Assembly: GCF_000179635.2 (NCBI RefSeq)
Contig: NC_014833.1
Span: 3,600,001 to 3,632,000, forward strand
Source: Ruminococcus albus 7 = DSM 20455
GTDB taxonomy: Bacteria; Bacillota; Clostridia; Oscillospirales; Ruminococcaceae
Reading direction: 5' to 3'
DNA length: 32,000 nucleotides
Numbering within the stretch: position 1 is the stretch's first letter; the number at the start of each line of letters is the position of its first letter. A program made the translations under genes and the position numbers. This document shows positions 8,887 through 16,827 of this stretch, one piece after another. The notes beneath the pieces are model-generated. The model was not told the DNA's origin, did not search any database, and saw only the letters and a list, made by a program, of their open reading frames with translations.

Positions 8887-9807
8887 ATGAAATTTGATAA
8901 AGTAAGTGAAACATTCTCCGAGAGAAAGGAAAAAGGAAGTATAAAAGAAAGCCTTATCTCAGCTGAGGAAGTTCTGAACGAGATAACCGAGATAGCTATG
9001 CACAAGCTTGATATGTACACAGACGAGGATGGAAATCAGCCTTTTGACATAGACGATGAAAAAGTTGAAGCCCTGAGCGAAAGTATAAAAGAGAATGGGC
9101 AGCTGGAACCTATCATCGTTCGTAAAAAGAATGGTAGGTATCAGATACTCAGCGGTCATCATAGATACCTCGCTCTGAAGTCGATAACTGCAATGTATGC
9201 ACTTGCAACTGTGGTCGATGTATCCGACCTTAAAGCCTACATGATAGTGTGCGAAAGCAACATCCATCATGCGGCTCCCCCGCCCTCTAAGCTTTGTAAG
9301 ATTTTCCTGCGGTATCGTGCCGCAGGAAAAGAAGAGAAGATAACCGCCGATCAGCTTGCTAAGATGTTCGGCATCAGCCGTGAACAGATGTATCGCATAA
9401 TTGCTATGGACACACTTACAACACCGATGCAGGAACTGGTCGATGCAGGACTTATCTCAACCAACAGCATAAAACAGCTGAGAACACTTACCCCTGACCA
9501 ACAGGATACGCTTGCTGACTATGTTTATAATGAGGACAAAAAGCTTAACAAGGCGAAATGTGACAAGGTCATAGATCTGTTTATCACTAATGCAAATGCA
9601 ACGGTAGAAGATATTGACGAGTGTCTGAACAGTGACGATAAAGAAAAGGAACCTGCCAACAACTACAATGCTATGAAGAAAATGAGCAAAGAACAGCTGG
9701 CTGACTATATTTTTGCAAACCTTGCAAGCTTTACTTCGTCAGAAAAAATCCTTTCTTTTCTCTGTGATAATATTGGAAAGGAGAAGCAAAATCTTGAAAA
9801 ACATTGA
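8887..9807 (+). CDS. parB: ParB-like N-terminal domain protein
   Basis: Sits 3 nt after parA. It has EPIIVRKKNGRYQILSGHHRYLA (ParB/Srx fold). The arginine patch reads GHHRYLA instead of GERRxRA. A plausible HTH lies around QLAKMFGISREQMYRII. Confidence 0.75.
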   Translation: MKFDKVSETFSERKEKGSIKESLISAEEVLNEITEIAMHKLDMYTDEDGNQPFDIDDEKVEALSESIKENGQLEPIIVRKKNGRYQILSGHHRYLALKSITAMYALATVVDVSDLKAYMIVCESNIHHAAPPPSKLCKIFLRYRAAGKEEKITADQLAKMFGISREQMYRIIAMDTLTTPMQELVDAGLISTNSIKQLRTLTPDQQDTLADYVYNEDKKLNKAKCDKVIDLFITNANATVEDIDECLNSDDKEKEPANNYNAMKKMSKEQLADYIFANLASFTSSEKILSFLCDNIGKEKQNLEKH

Positions 9808-10177
9808 ACTGTGCAGAAATTGTTACTATGGCAGAGTGATCGTCGATGACAATGGACAAGTATTTGGACGGTCTTGTGAATTTCCTATATCAGTATTTAT
9901 TGAAAATATAGATAAAGTAAAAAACGAAACAGACGATGAATGTATGTTTTTCAGCGGCGGCTGTTCCGGAGTGATAGGATTTACAAATATAGATAGGAAT
10001 GAGACCGATCACATAGAACAGACAGAAGTCCTTGACGAACAGCCTGAACAAGACAATTTAGAAAAAGCACCTGATATTATTCATAAGAACATTTGGACTA
10101 ACATCTTAATGAATATTGTTATGTTTCTCATTGGTGTTGGTGTAGCTATTATATATACTATTATAATAAGGGACTGA
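9794..10177 (+). CDS. Small membrane-anchored protein (TTG start preferred over the track start at 9713)
   Basis: GGAAAGGAGAAG RBS lies 7-8 nt before the in-frame TTG 9794. This avoids a 95-nt overlap with parB. C-terminal TM: ILMNIVMFLIGVGVAIIYTIII. Confidence 0.5.
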   Translation: MKNIELCRNCYYGRVIVDDNGQVFGRSCEFPISVFIENIDKVKNETDDECMFFSGGCSGVIGFTNIDRNETDHIEQTEVLDEQPEQDNLEKAPDIIHKNIWTNILMNIVMFLIGVGVAIIYTIIIRD

Positions 10178-10182
10178 TAAAG

Positions 10183-10198
10183 TGTGTCTATAGACACA
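10183..10198. repeat. Palindrome TGTGTCTATAGACACA, copy 1
   Basis: Perfect 16-bp palindrome, 5 nt after stop 10175-10177. Confidence 0.9.
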
Positions 10199-10219
10199 GT
10201 TTATCAAGTGGTGCTGGGA

Positions 10220-10420
10220 ATGGAAATACGAATAATCGGAACCAAAGAAGAACTGGAGCAGGCGGCAATTCAGATAGCTGCCTGCTACAAAATAAAATAC
10301 AAAAGTCGAATCTATCTCTGCCGTGATAAAAAGGCTTACCGGCTGTATATAAAAACCGAGGATAACCACATAGAGGAAGAAAAGCAGCTGGAAGGTCAGA
10401 TGTCTTTTGATGAGGTGTGA
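10220..10420 (+). CDS. Hypothetical small protein (ATG 10220; the track start GTG 10184 lies inside the palindrome)
   Basis: ORF in the operon orientation. No motif recognised. Confidence 0.4.
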   Translation: MEIRIIGTKEELEQAAIQIAACYKIKYKSRIYLCRDKKAYRLYIKTEDNHIEEEKQLEGQMSFDEV

Positions 10421-10438
10421 TTTCATGAGGTACAATAT

Positions 10439-10672
10439 ATGAAAATGGGAAAGCTTGGATATAATAGCGACAATAGCAGATACGGCATTCTTGTCTGCGA
10501 TTTATGGGAGTTAGATGGCTTTCGCTGTGGCGATACATTAGAGGTGTGGGACAGAGATACAGAGCAGTGGATACCGACACGCATGGAAATGCGTTGGAAA
10601 AACGAATGGTATCTCGTCGGCACGCCATACAGCGGTACGGCTTTAGAGGGTTTGAAAGTAAGAGTGAAATAA
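10439..10672 (+). CDS. Hypothetical small protein (77 aa)
   Basis: GAGGT RBS 8 nt upstream. Compact ORF, no motif recognised. Confidence 0.55.
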   Translation: MKMGKLGYNSDNSRYGILVCDLWELDGFRCGDTLEVWDRDTEQWIPTRMEMRWKNEWYLVGTPYSGTALEGLKVRVK

Positions 10673-10711
10673 TCTGAGCTTGTGCTGTAAATTTAACAAG
10701 GAGATTATAAG

Positions 10712-11599
10712 ATGAAAGTACATAATCACGATTATCCCGACCACAAAACCGCAAGGCAGTGGGCAAAACAAGGCTTTTTACCAATAGATGGGGCAGAAGG
10801 AATAGAGTTATGGGCAAATCAATTTTGTCAGAATAAATACATCTATTACGGACCCGATGAAGTATCCAAGGCTACACCCGATCAGCTTTCTAACTTTTTC
10901 CGCTTTGAACGAGAAAACCGAAATCAAAGAGAAAAAGAAAAAAGGAAGCACAGAAACGCTGAACTAATTGCAGAAAACAAAGAGCTTAGAAAAGAGAATA
11001 ATCTACTTGAATTATCCTTATGCGAACTTGAAAGGACTGCAATTAGACTTATGCGAAACGTTGACATATCACCCGAAAAATCAGCGGATACTATTATAAT
11101 AGATACTGAAACAACAGGACTCAGTGAATTAGACGATGAATTGCTGCAAGTATCTATCATCGATGATGCAGGAAATGTTCTTTACAACAGCTATCTTCGC
11201 CCCTTATACCATACTTCATGGAAAGAAGCGGAATGTGTAAATAACATTACTCCGCGAATGGTAGCGGAGGCACCGACCATCTATGATGAAATGCCAAAGA
11301 TAAATGCTATCATAAAAGCTGCCAAAAAAATCATAGGCTTTAATACCGGGTTTGATGAAAACTTCCTTTATTTCTCCGGTGGAATTTCATGGATGAATAA
11401 AGAGGTCGTTGATGTAATGACGATGTTCGCGCCGATCTACGGTGAATGGAGCGAACAATACGACGATTATAAATGGCAAAACCTTATTAAAGCTGCCGAT
11501 TACTATGATTATGATTGGAGCAGCCGACCAGGTGAAGCACACAACAGTCTTGCAGACTGCTATGCTACCCTATATGTGTACAATAAGATCATTGAATAA
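10712..11599 (+). CDS. DEDDh 3'-5' exonuclease (DnaQ/epsilon-like) with an unknown N-terminal domain and coiled coil
   Basis: Exo I IIIDTETTG, Exo II GFNTGFDENFL, Exo III EAHNSLADCYATLYVY. AAGGAG RBS. The N-terminal ~125 aa are unassigned and include a basic heptad stretch, RENRNQREKEKRKHRNAELIAENKELRKEN. Confidence 0.8.
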   Translation: MKVHNHDYPDHKTARQWAKQGFLPIDGAEGIELWANQFCQNKYIYYGPDEVSKATPDQLSNFFRFERENRNQREKEKRKHRNAELIAENKELRKENNLLELSLCELERTAIRLMRNVDISPEKSADTIIIDTETTGLSELDDELLQVSIIDDAGNVLYNSYLRPLYHTSWKEAECVNNITPRMVAEAPTIYDEMPKINAIIKAAKKIIGFNTGFDENFLYFSGGISWMNKEVVDVMTMFAPIYGEWSEQYDDYKWQNLIKAADYYDYDWSSRPGEAHNSLADCYATLYVYNKIIE

Positions 11600-11603
11600 A
11601 AAG

Positions 11604-11619
11604 TGTGTCTATAGACACA
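11604..11619. repeat. Palindrome TGTGTCTATAGACACA, copy 2
   Basis: Perfect copy, 4 nt after stop 11597-11599 and 8 nt upstream of a consensus -35. Confidence 0.9.
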
Positions 11620-11627
11620 TTTTATTC

Positions 11628-11656
11628 TTGACATAAGAGAGCATTTAGTCTATAAT
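11628..11656 (+). promoter_or_regulatory. Consensus SigA promoter TTGACA-17-TATAAT
   Basis: TTGACA 11628-11633, 17-nt spacer, TATAAT 11651-11656, then AGAGAGG RBS and ATG 11667. Confidence 0.7.
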
Positions 11657-11666
11657 AGAGAGGTAA

Positions 11667-11858
11667 ATGATGAAGAACTTATATGATAAAAGTAAGTATA
11701 TCAACAAAAAAACACTCGATCCAAAAGCAGAGATAATATTAAAAACAAAGGATAAACTTGATGAATATCGAAAAAAAACAATTAAAACAGATACAAGCTC
11801 TGATTTCAAAGACAAGCTGTATCGGATCTGTTGTACAATTATATCTAAATATAAATAA
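11667..11858 (+). CDS. Small ORF (63 aa) overlapping the next gene in another frame; may be the true 5' end of that gene
   Basis: Best promoter and RBS context in the region. It overlaps the 11758 ORF by 101 nt, and an A8 run at 11771-11778 lies in the overlap. Confidence 0.35.
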   Translation: MMKNLYDKSKYINKKTLDPKAEIILKTKDKLDEYRKKTIKTDTSSDFKDKLYRICCTIISKYK

Positions 11859-12411
11859 AGATTTAAGATTAAGGTTAAAACCTAAATGTTTATCTAATTG
11901 TTGCCAATGCTGCAATGATCTTTTTTTTATATCACCTCCAGAATTCTACACAATTCTCTTTTACCTGAAAGAATACATGGGTGAAGACTATATTTTAGCA
12001 AAAATACAGTATTCTCAAGCAATGTTGAATAAACTGAAAAATGCTTGTCCATCGTATGATGATTATTCAAGTTCTTATTTATCATTTGATAAAGACCTAT
12101 ATATTTCTTTACATGACACCTTAGAAAACCATAAAATTCGCTGCCCTTTTTTAAATTCCAAAGGTCATTGTGACATTTATCCTGTACGACCTTTAATCTG
12201 TAGGTTATATGGTTGGAAAATACAGTGTAAAAATATAGGTAAAACAATGAAATATAACAAGTATGAAAAATACAATGAATTTCAAAAACTAAATGGTTAT
12301 AATGGTAAGTTTGAAAAAGAGTATATCATAATTGATTATCTTGCTGAACTTGCTCCCCTACTTTTATTTAATGAAGAAGAGTTCAAGAAAAAATATCAAG
12401 AATCCATATAA
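11758..12411 (+). CDS. YkgJ-type (CxxCxxCC) Zn/Fe cysteine-cluster protein
   Basis: CLSNCCQCCN near the N-terminus, and CPFLNSKGHCDIYPVRPLICRLYG, the pattern I recognise from the YkgJ/UPF0153 family. Confidence 0.65.
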   Translation: MMNIEKKQLKQIQALISKTSCIGSVVQLYLNINKDLRLRLKPKCLSNCCQCCNDLFFISPPEFYTILFYLKEYMGEDYILAKIQYSQAMLNKLKNACPSYDDYSSSYLSFDKDLYISLHDTLENHKIRCPFLNSKGHCDIYPVRPLICRLYGWKIQCKNIGKTMKYNKYEKYNEFQKLNGYNGKFEKEYIIIDYLAELAPLLLFNEEEFKKKYQESI

Positions 12412-12460
12412 GCAAATCTGATAAAGTAGTTTATTTAAATACAGTTTATAATACACGTAA

Positions 12461-12491
12461 AGCAGCCAATTAATAATGGCTGTTTTTTTTT
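12461..12491 (+). terminator. Rho-independent terminator
   Basis: CAGCCA (12463-12468) pairs with TGGCTG (12477-12482), followed by T9. Confidence 0.7.
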
Positions 12492-12498
12492 GTAAATA

Positions 12499-12825
12499 AT
12501 GATACAAATGAAAGGTAAGATGAAAATGAAAGAAAATATTATTGTAGGATTTAGAGGACCCAGTAAAAAAAAATCTGTAAGATACAATCAGAAGCTAATC
12601 ACTTCCTCCATAATGGTAATCACATCACCATATGAAGAGACAGTAAGAAAATGTATAGCAGAGTATAATATTAAGGATTTTGATTTTAATTCAGCTACAT
12701 ACGGGTTATATTCAAACATAAGAATAGAACTAAATAACGAAACCGGCGAGTGTAAGATTCAGGTGTTTGATGAAAATACAGGTGAACTGAAAGCTTTATA
12801 CAAGGGAGTAACTAAAAATGAATAA
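12499..12825 (+). CDS. Hypothetical protein (start possibly ATG 12526)
   Basis: ORF with AAAGGT at 12511-12516. No motif recognised. Confidence 0.5.
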   Translation: MIQMKGKMKMKENIIVGFRGPSKKKSVRYNQKLITSSIMVITSPYEETVRKCIAEYNIKDFDFNSATYGLYSNIRIELNNETGECKIQVFDENTGELKALYKGVTKNE

Positions 12826-12867
12826 CGAACAGCAGATAGGATGGAGCGCAAAACGGGGGTTGATTTA

Positions 12868-13044
12868 ATGAAAGATCTATTAGATATTTTCTCAATAGAT
12901 TTTATTGCTATTGGTATTGCTGGTTTTATTTATTTCTTTTTTATCATGAGTTTTATCAACATACAAAGAAGATTTCCAAAGTCAAAAACTAATAATGAAA
13001 AGACACAAGAAAGGAATGATGGAAATGAACCAAAAAAAGAATAA
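12868..13044 (+). CDS. Small single-TM protein (58 aa)
   Basis: GGGGGT RBS 7 nt before ATG 12868, in frame with the track ORF 12841. TM: FIAIGIAGFIYFFFIMSFI. Confidence 0.45.
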   Translation: MKDLLDIFSIDFIAIGIAGFIYFFFIMSFINIQRRFPKSKTNNEKTQERNDGNEPKKE

Positions 13045-13258
13045 CCGCTTTGAGTACATGATAATCACAATTTGCGGAGTATTTATAATAACCTATGCTA
13101 TGATGGTTGACAAGATCATGAATTTCCCGGAAGTCATGTCAAGCACTCCGTTGAAGATACTATTAACCGTTTTTTCTTGTATTGTGTTTATCATCACTGT
13201 TTGCCTTACAGTGAGATTATTCATGCTCATTCATAAGGATTATGTAGAAAGGAGATAG
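12995..13258 (+). CDS. Small two-TM protein (start possibly 13016-13025)
   Basis: Hydrophobic segments MIITICGVFIITYAMMV and ILLTVFSCIVFIITVCLTV. Overlaps the previous ORF. Confidence 0.45.
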   Translation: MKRHKKGMMEMNQKKNNRFEYMIITICGVFIITYAMMVDKIMNFPEVMSSTPLKILLTVFSCIVFIITVCLTVRLFMLIHKDYVERR

Positions 13259-13261
13259 ACC

Positions 13262-13627
13262 ATGTATAGTCTTGAAGATGTTAAAAGCGGACAATGCAAT
13301 CTGATGTTAACTGTTGTCGAAACAGATTACGGCAGATTTGTCACCGATGAATACATCAGTGATGATGATCTGTATTCCTCATCGGCTTTGGTCGATTATT
13401 TTGATAGCTGTGACTGCGATGATGCAGATTATGCAGATATAGAAGTCGGTTTATACAGGTACGGTGATCTCGGTGGTGATGCCGATGATATGCTGACCGA
13501 TGATGTTCGCGCATATATCGAGTATGACATTGAGAGTTTCCTCAGCAAATGCGACCCACTAGAAACCAATACCTATGAGGTCGATCTGAGGATGCTGCTT
13601 GATCGAGGAGCTGAAAGGGGGTATTAA
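13262..13627 (+). CDS. Highly acidic 121-aa protein
   Basis: By hand count, roughly 33 Asp/Glu against about 8 Lys/Arg (DDDLY, CDCDDADYADIE, GGDADDMLTDD). Starts 4 nt after the previous stop. Confidence 0.6.
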   Translation: MYSLEDVKSGQCNLMLTVVETDYGRFVTDEYISDDDLYSSSALVDYFDSCDCDDADYADIEVGLYRYGDLGGDADDMLTDDVRAYIEYDIESFLSKCDPLETNTYEVDLRMLLDRGAERGY

Positions 13628-13631
13628 TTTC

Positions 13632-14747
13632 ATGGCTATGAATTTACATATAAGTCTAAGAAATAAAATACTTAGTGAATACTGTGAATTTCGTAAATCA
13701 CAGGAACAGCTTCAGCCAAAAGAAGTATATGAAAATGCGTATGAAATAGTTATCAAACAGAACATCAGAGATCTGATATGTGATGAAACCGTTGCGCTAA
13801 CTTCTGAACAAAAAATCGCTTTAAAATTGAGCAATAATACTCTCGATGAGATCTATGAAGATTGGCTTGATAAAGATACTGAAAATCTGGCAGACATACC
13901 CGATACTATCACTGAAACGGCAGACAGGCTTATGTCAAAAGTGAAATCCAAAAGTCAGCTTATTTGGAAAGGTTTCCTTGCTGAGAACAGACTCGATCTT
14001 AATATCAGAGCTATAAAGATACGCAACAGTACAAATTCAGATATTTTTGAGATAAAGGAAGTCATAAAAGACGAATACACGATATTATACAACAACAACG
14101 ATAACGGCACCGAAACATTGACATCAGTTGATGAATTGAGATCAGTTTATGAAAAAACACTTGACAAGTATTCCGGAAAGCTAATAGAAACACACGGAAA
14201 AGAAGTCACAGGTGTATTGCTGGAAATTCCAAATAGACTGACACCTTTTACTGAATTCAAAGATTTTTGCCCTGATTGGCGTGAACGAGGGTCAACTCCT
14301 TCATACGTTAAAGAAGTATGGGATAATTTTCTGAAAGACCATGATCTTCCCGAGAATACTACTAAGATATCCTTCCATGCAACAAGCACCTACTATGTCG
14401 GAGGCATTGATGAAAATGGTCATGAACGTAAGGACAATTATTCTGAATATACAGAAGATGATTCATTTTACTTATTCGATTACGATAACGAGTTAGTAAT
14501 ACGGTATGGTTTTGAATCAGAACTTGACTTCCCTATCGAAGATACGATAATCGATCCATCAATCCTTTCAAAGGATTATGAAGACGTACTTGAAAAATAC
14601 TCAACCGAGTTAAGTAAAAGAACCTATAATTATATAGATGTTTGCATAACAAAATCAGATGGAAGCGAAACTCACGAAGATTTTGAATCGTTTTGCCCTG
14701 ATTGGGAAGAACGTGCTCCGATTATCACCTCATCTCGGCAAAGATGA
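13632..14747 (+). CDS. Hypothetical protein with an internal duplication ending in FCPDW(R/E)ER
   Basis: AAAGGGGG RBS before ATG 13632. The motif pairs YEKTLDKYSGKL...FKDFCPDWRERG and YEDVLEKYSTEL...FESFCPDWEERA indicate two copies of one module. Confidence 0.6.
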   Translation: MAMNLHISLRNKILSEYCEFRKSQEQLQPKEVYENAYEIVIKQNIRDLICDETVALTSEQKIALKLSNNTLDEIYEDWLDKDTENLADIPDTITETADRLMSKVKSKSQLIWKGFLAENRLDLNIRAIKIRNSTNSDIFEIKEVIKDEYTILYNNNDNGTETLTSVDELRSVYEKTLDKYSGKLIETHGKEVTGVLLEIPNRLTPFTEFKDFCPDWRERGSTPSYVKEVWDNFLKDHDLPENTTKISFHATSTYYVGGIDENGHERKDNYSEYTEDDSFYLFDYDNELVIRYGFESELDFPIEDTIIDPSILSKDYEDVLEKYSTELSKRTYNYIDVCITKSDGSETHEDFESFCPDWEERAPIITSSRQR

Positions 14748-14772
14748 TAAAGCAAATGCCAGGAGGATAGAA

Positions 14773-15291
14773 ATGAATCAAATAACAACAAATGATTTTT
14801 TTGATATTCACTATGGTTTCGAGTGGATAAAAGAGAATATTCGCAATAATTCAGCTATATCAAAGTTTAAAAAAGGCAAGTATCATTTTTACTTTACGGT
14901 AAACAAAGACGATAATACAATAACAGCAAATGAAACAGATGATAAAGCTGAATTTACAGTAAGTACAACTAAAAAACTCGATATAAAAAAAGAGGAGTTT
15001 CTAATAAAAACTGCTCAAATTCATGGTTTAGAGTATGTTTCGTTTACGCATTATCTTTCTACGACTGATGATATATGGTCAGAAGATAATATTAATGAAA
15101 TACAAAAAAAATACATTAAAAGCTATGTTGTGCCAATAGCCCAAAAGTTTGAATTATCAGACTTTGAGAATAATGATTTATTCGCTGAGGAATTTGATAA
15201 TGTATGTGATTATATCTGGTGGCAAATGGTAACTGCTATTGAGCGCAAATACGGTAATTTGTTTTGGAAAAGGCTAACATTCGATAGCTAA
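14773..15291 (+). CDS. Hypothetical protein (172 aa)
   Basis: AGGAGG 14761-14766 then ATG 14773, preferred over the track start at 14659, which overlaps the previous gene. Confidence 0.55.
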   Translation: MNQITTNDFFDIHYGFEWIKENIRNNSAISKFKKGKYHFYFTVNKDDNTITANETDDKAEFTVSTTKKLDIKKEEFLIKTAQIHGLEYVSFTHYLSTTDDIWSEDNINEIQKKYIKSYVVPIAQKFELSDFENNDLFAEEFDNVCDYIWWQMVTAIERKYGNLFWKRLTFDS

Positions 15292-15319
15292 TATTTTCTT
15301 ATAAGGAGTGTGCATTATA

Positions 15320-15613
15320 ATGGCAAAGAAAACAGGAAGTATACTTGATAAGCTGGAGCTGAATGTCGATGAAGAAAAGATATCACTCATAAACTTCTAC
15401 ATAAAAGAGGACGGTGATACTCTTGATCTGGCAGCTGAACTCTCTGCTGTCATCAACAATCACATTGATAAGCTCTACAAAAAGAAAGTCCCAAAATCCG
15501 TAAGACACTACATCGAGAACAAGGACAAGGAGGATAGCGATGGACAACACTCTGATAAAGTGCTCGTTCAGCCTGATGCTGGCGGGTCATCGGATCAAAG
15601 CGAAGGGATATAA
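15320..15613 (+). CDS. Hypothetical small protein
   Basis: AAGGAG 15302-15307, ATG 15320. The 3' 74 nt overlap the next ORF, so the true end is uncertain. Confidence 0.4.
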   Translation: MAKKTGSILDKLELNVDEEKISLINFYIKEDGDTLDLAAELSAVINNHIDKLYKKKVPKSVRHYIENKDKEDSDGQHSDKVLVQPDAGGSSDQSEGI

Positions 15614-15998
15614 AGTAAAGGCACTTTCCCACAAACAGCTGAATAAAATATGCTTGCTGATAGCTTATACCTCAGATACGATCTACTATCTATCAGCAAT
15701 GGAGTATATGGATCAAAAGCCCAATGCGAAGATAAAATACGGTACAGTATCAGATACCGGGACGGATCTCATAATGACAGAAAAGCTTAGTCTTGATTAT
15801 GATGCTATCAATGATATGCTGCAAGCAGGGACGATTTTCCCCATTTCTTCTTCTCCGGGAGAAAGAAAAAACGGTCGGCTCATTGATACCGATTCGGATT
15901 TTACAAGCTGGGCAAGCAAAAATGGACTTAGACCATATCTAAGAGCGTATCGGTCCGAGATCGGTGCCGATGATATTCATTATACTACAAAGTTCTGA
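15540..15998 (+). CDS. Hypothetical protein (152 aa)
   Basis: AAGGAGG 15527-15533, 6 nt before ATG 15540. Confidence 0.5.
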   Translation: MDNTLIKCSFSLMLAGHRIKAKGYKVKALSHKQLNKICLLIAYTSDTIYYLSAMEYMDQKPNAKIKYGTVSDTGTDLIMTEKLSLDYDAINDMLQAGTIFPISSSPGERKNGRLIDTDSDFTSWASKNGLRPYLRAYRSEIGADDIHYTTKF

Positions 15999-16660
15999 TG
16001 AGACGAAAAATTATGACTGACGATGCTCTGTATACAGATAAAAGCGGTAGACTGTATGAACTGAAGAAACAGTTTTATCATACAGCTGTACTGCAATCTA
16101 TGACAGAACATACATATCTAATTGCATCAAAACCATACATTACAGACGATGGCTGCATTGAATGGCGTAATGCAATAGTATCAACCAATTATCTTAATGC
16201 AGTTAAATCTGCAATGGAGAAGGATATAATGTACGAAAGCATTGAAAATCGTATTTCACTGAAAAATACAGCAAGTGACATTGATAAAGAGATCTCAGCA
16301 TCAATGCATGAACTGTATCATTACGATCTTGATGGAGCCTATGATAAGCTTTCTCTTAATCATAGCGATTTCGATATAGCACAGGCGGTAGCACTTACCA
16401 TTCACGGTAAGTCATGGGACGGGAGATTTTCAGATCTTAACAAAGCATGGGCTGATAACTTCATACAAGCCTATGATGTAAAAATCGAAGAGTATAGAGA
16501 TTTCTTCGGCTGTGATACTCACCCATCTGTGCTTGACGGTTTTACGGATGTTGTACGTATGAGGATAGCGAACAGGAGTATAGATCAGACTCAGGATATA
16601 GATAATGATTACGATCAGTCCTACGAACAATCCGAATCAATGGGTTACGGAAGAAGATAG
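15998..16660 (+). CDS. Hypothetical protein (220 aa)
   Basis: Its start ATG (15998-16000) overlaps the previous stop TGA (15996-15998), which suggests translational coupling. Confidence 0.55.
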   Translation: MRRKIMTDDALYTDKSGRLYELKKQFYHTAVLQSMTEHTYLIASKPYITDDGCIEWRNAIVSTNYLNAVKSAMEKDIMYESIENRISLKNTASDIDKEISASMHELYHYDLDGAYDKLSLNHSDFDIAQAVALTIHGKSWDGRFSDLNKAWADNFIQAYDVKIEEYRDFFGCDTHPSVLDGFTDVVRMRIANRSIDQTQDIDNDYDQSYEQSESMGYGRR

Positions 16661-16756
16661 TAATTTTTTAAATTATCATTTTCGCCTTTTAGTAGAACTG
16701 GAAAATTTTCCCAATTTGCACAAAAGCACAGATATATCTTTGTTAAGGTTTTCTCT

Positions 16757-16784
16757 TGTTTATTCAGGGCTTTCATGATATAAT
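16757..16784 (+). promoter_or_regulatory. Promoter with extended -10
   Basis: TTGTTT (16757-16762), 16-nt spacer, TGaTATAAT (16776-16784). Confidence 0.5.
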
Positions 16785-16827
16785 ATAATTGGGAAATAAT
16801 TTGAAACAAACGAAAGGTGGGCTTAGT

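Noticed and set aside
9713-9793. Track start at 9713 for the ORF after parB
   Set aside because: It would overlap parB by 95 nt with no RBS. The in-frame TTG 9794 has a GGAAAGGAGAAG RBS.
10188-10817. 209-aa minus-strand ORF
   Set aside because: It runs antisense across three + strand ORFs that each have their own RBS, has a Cys/Arg/Leu/Pro-rich shadow-frame composition, and has no RBS. Treated as an antisense artefact.
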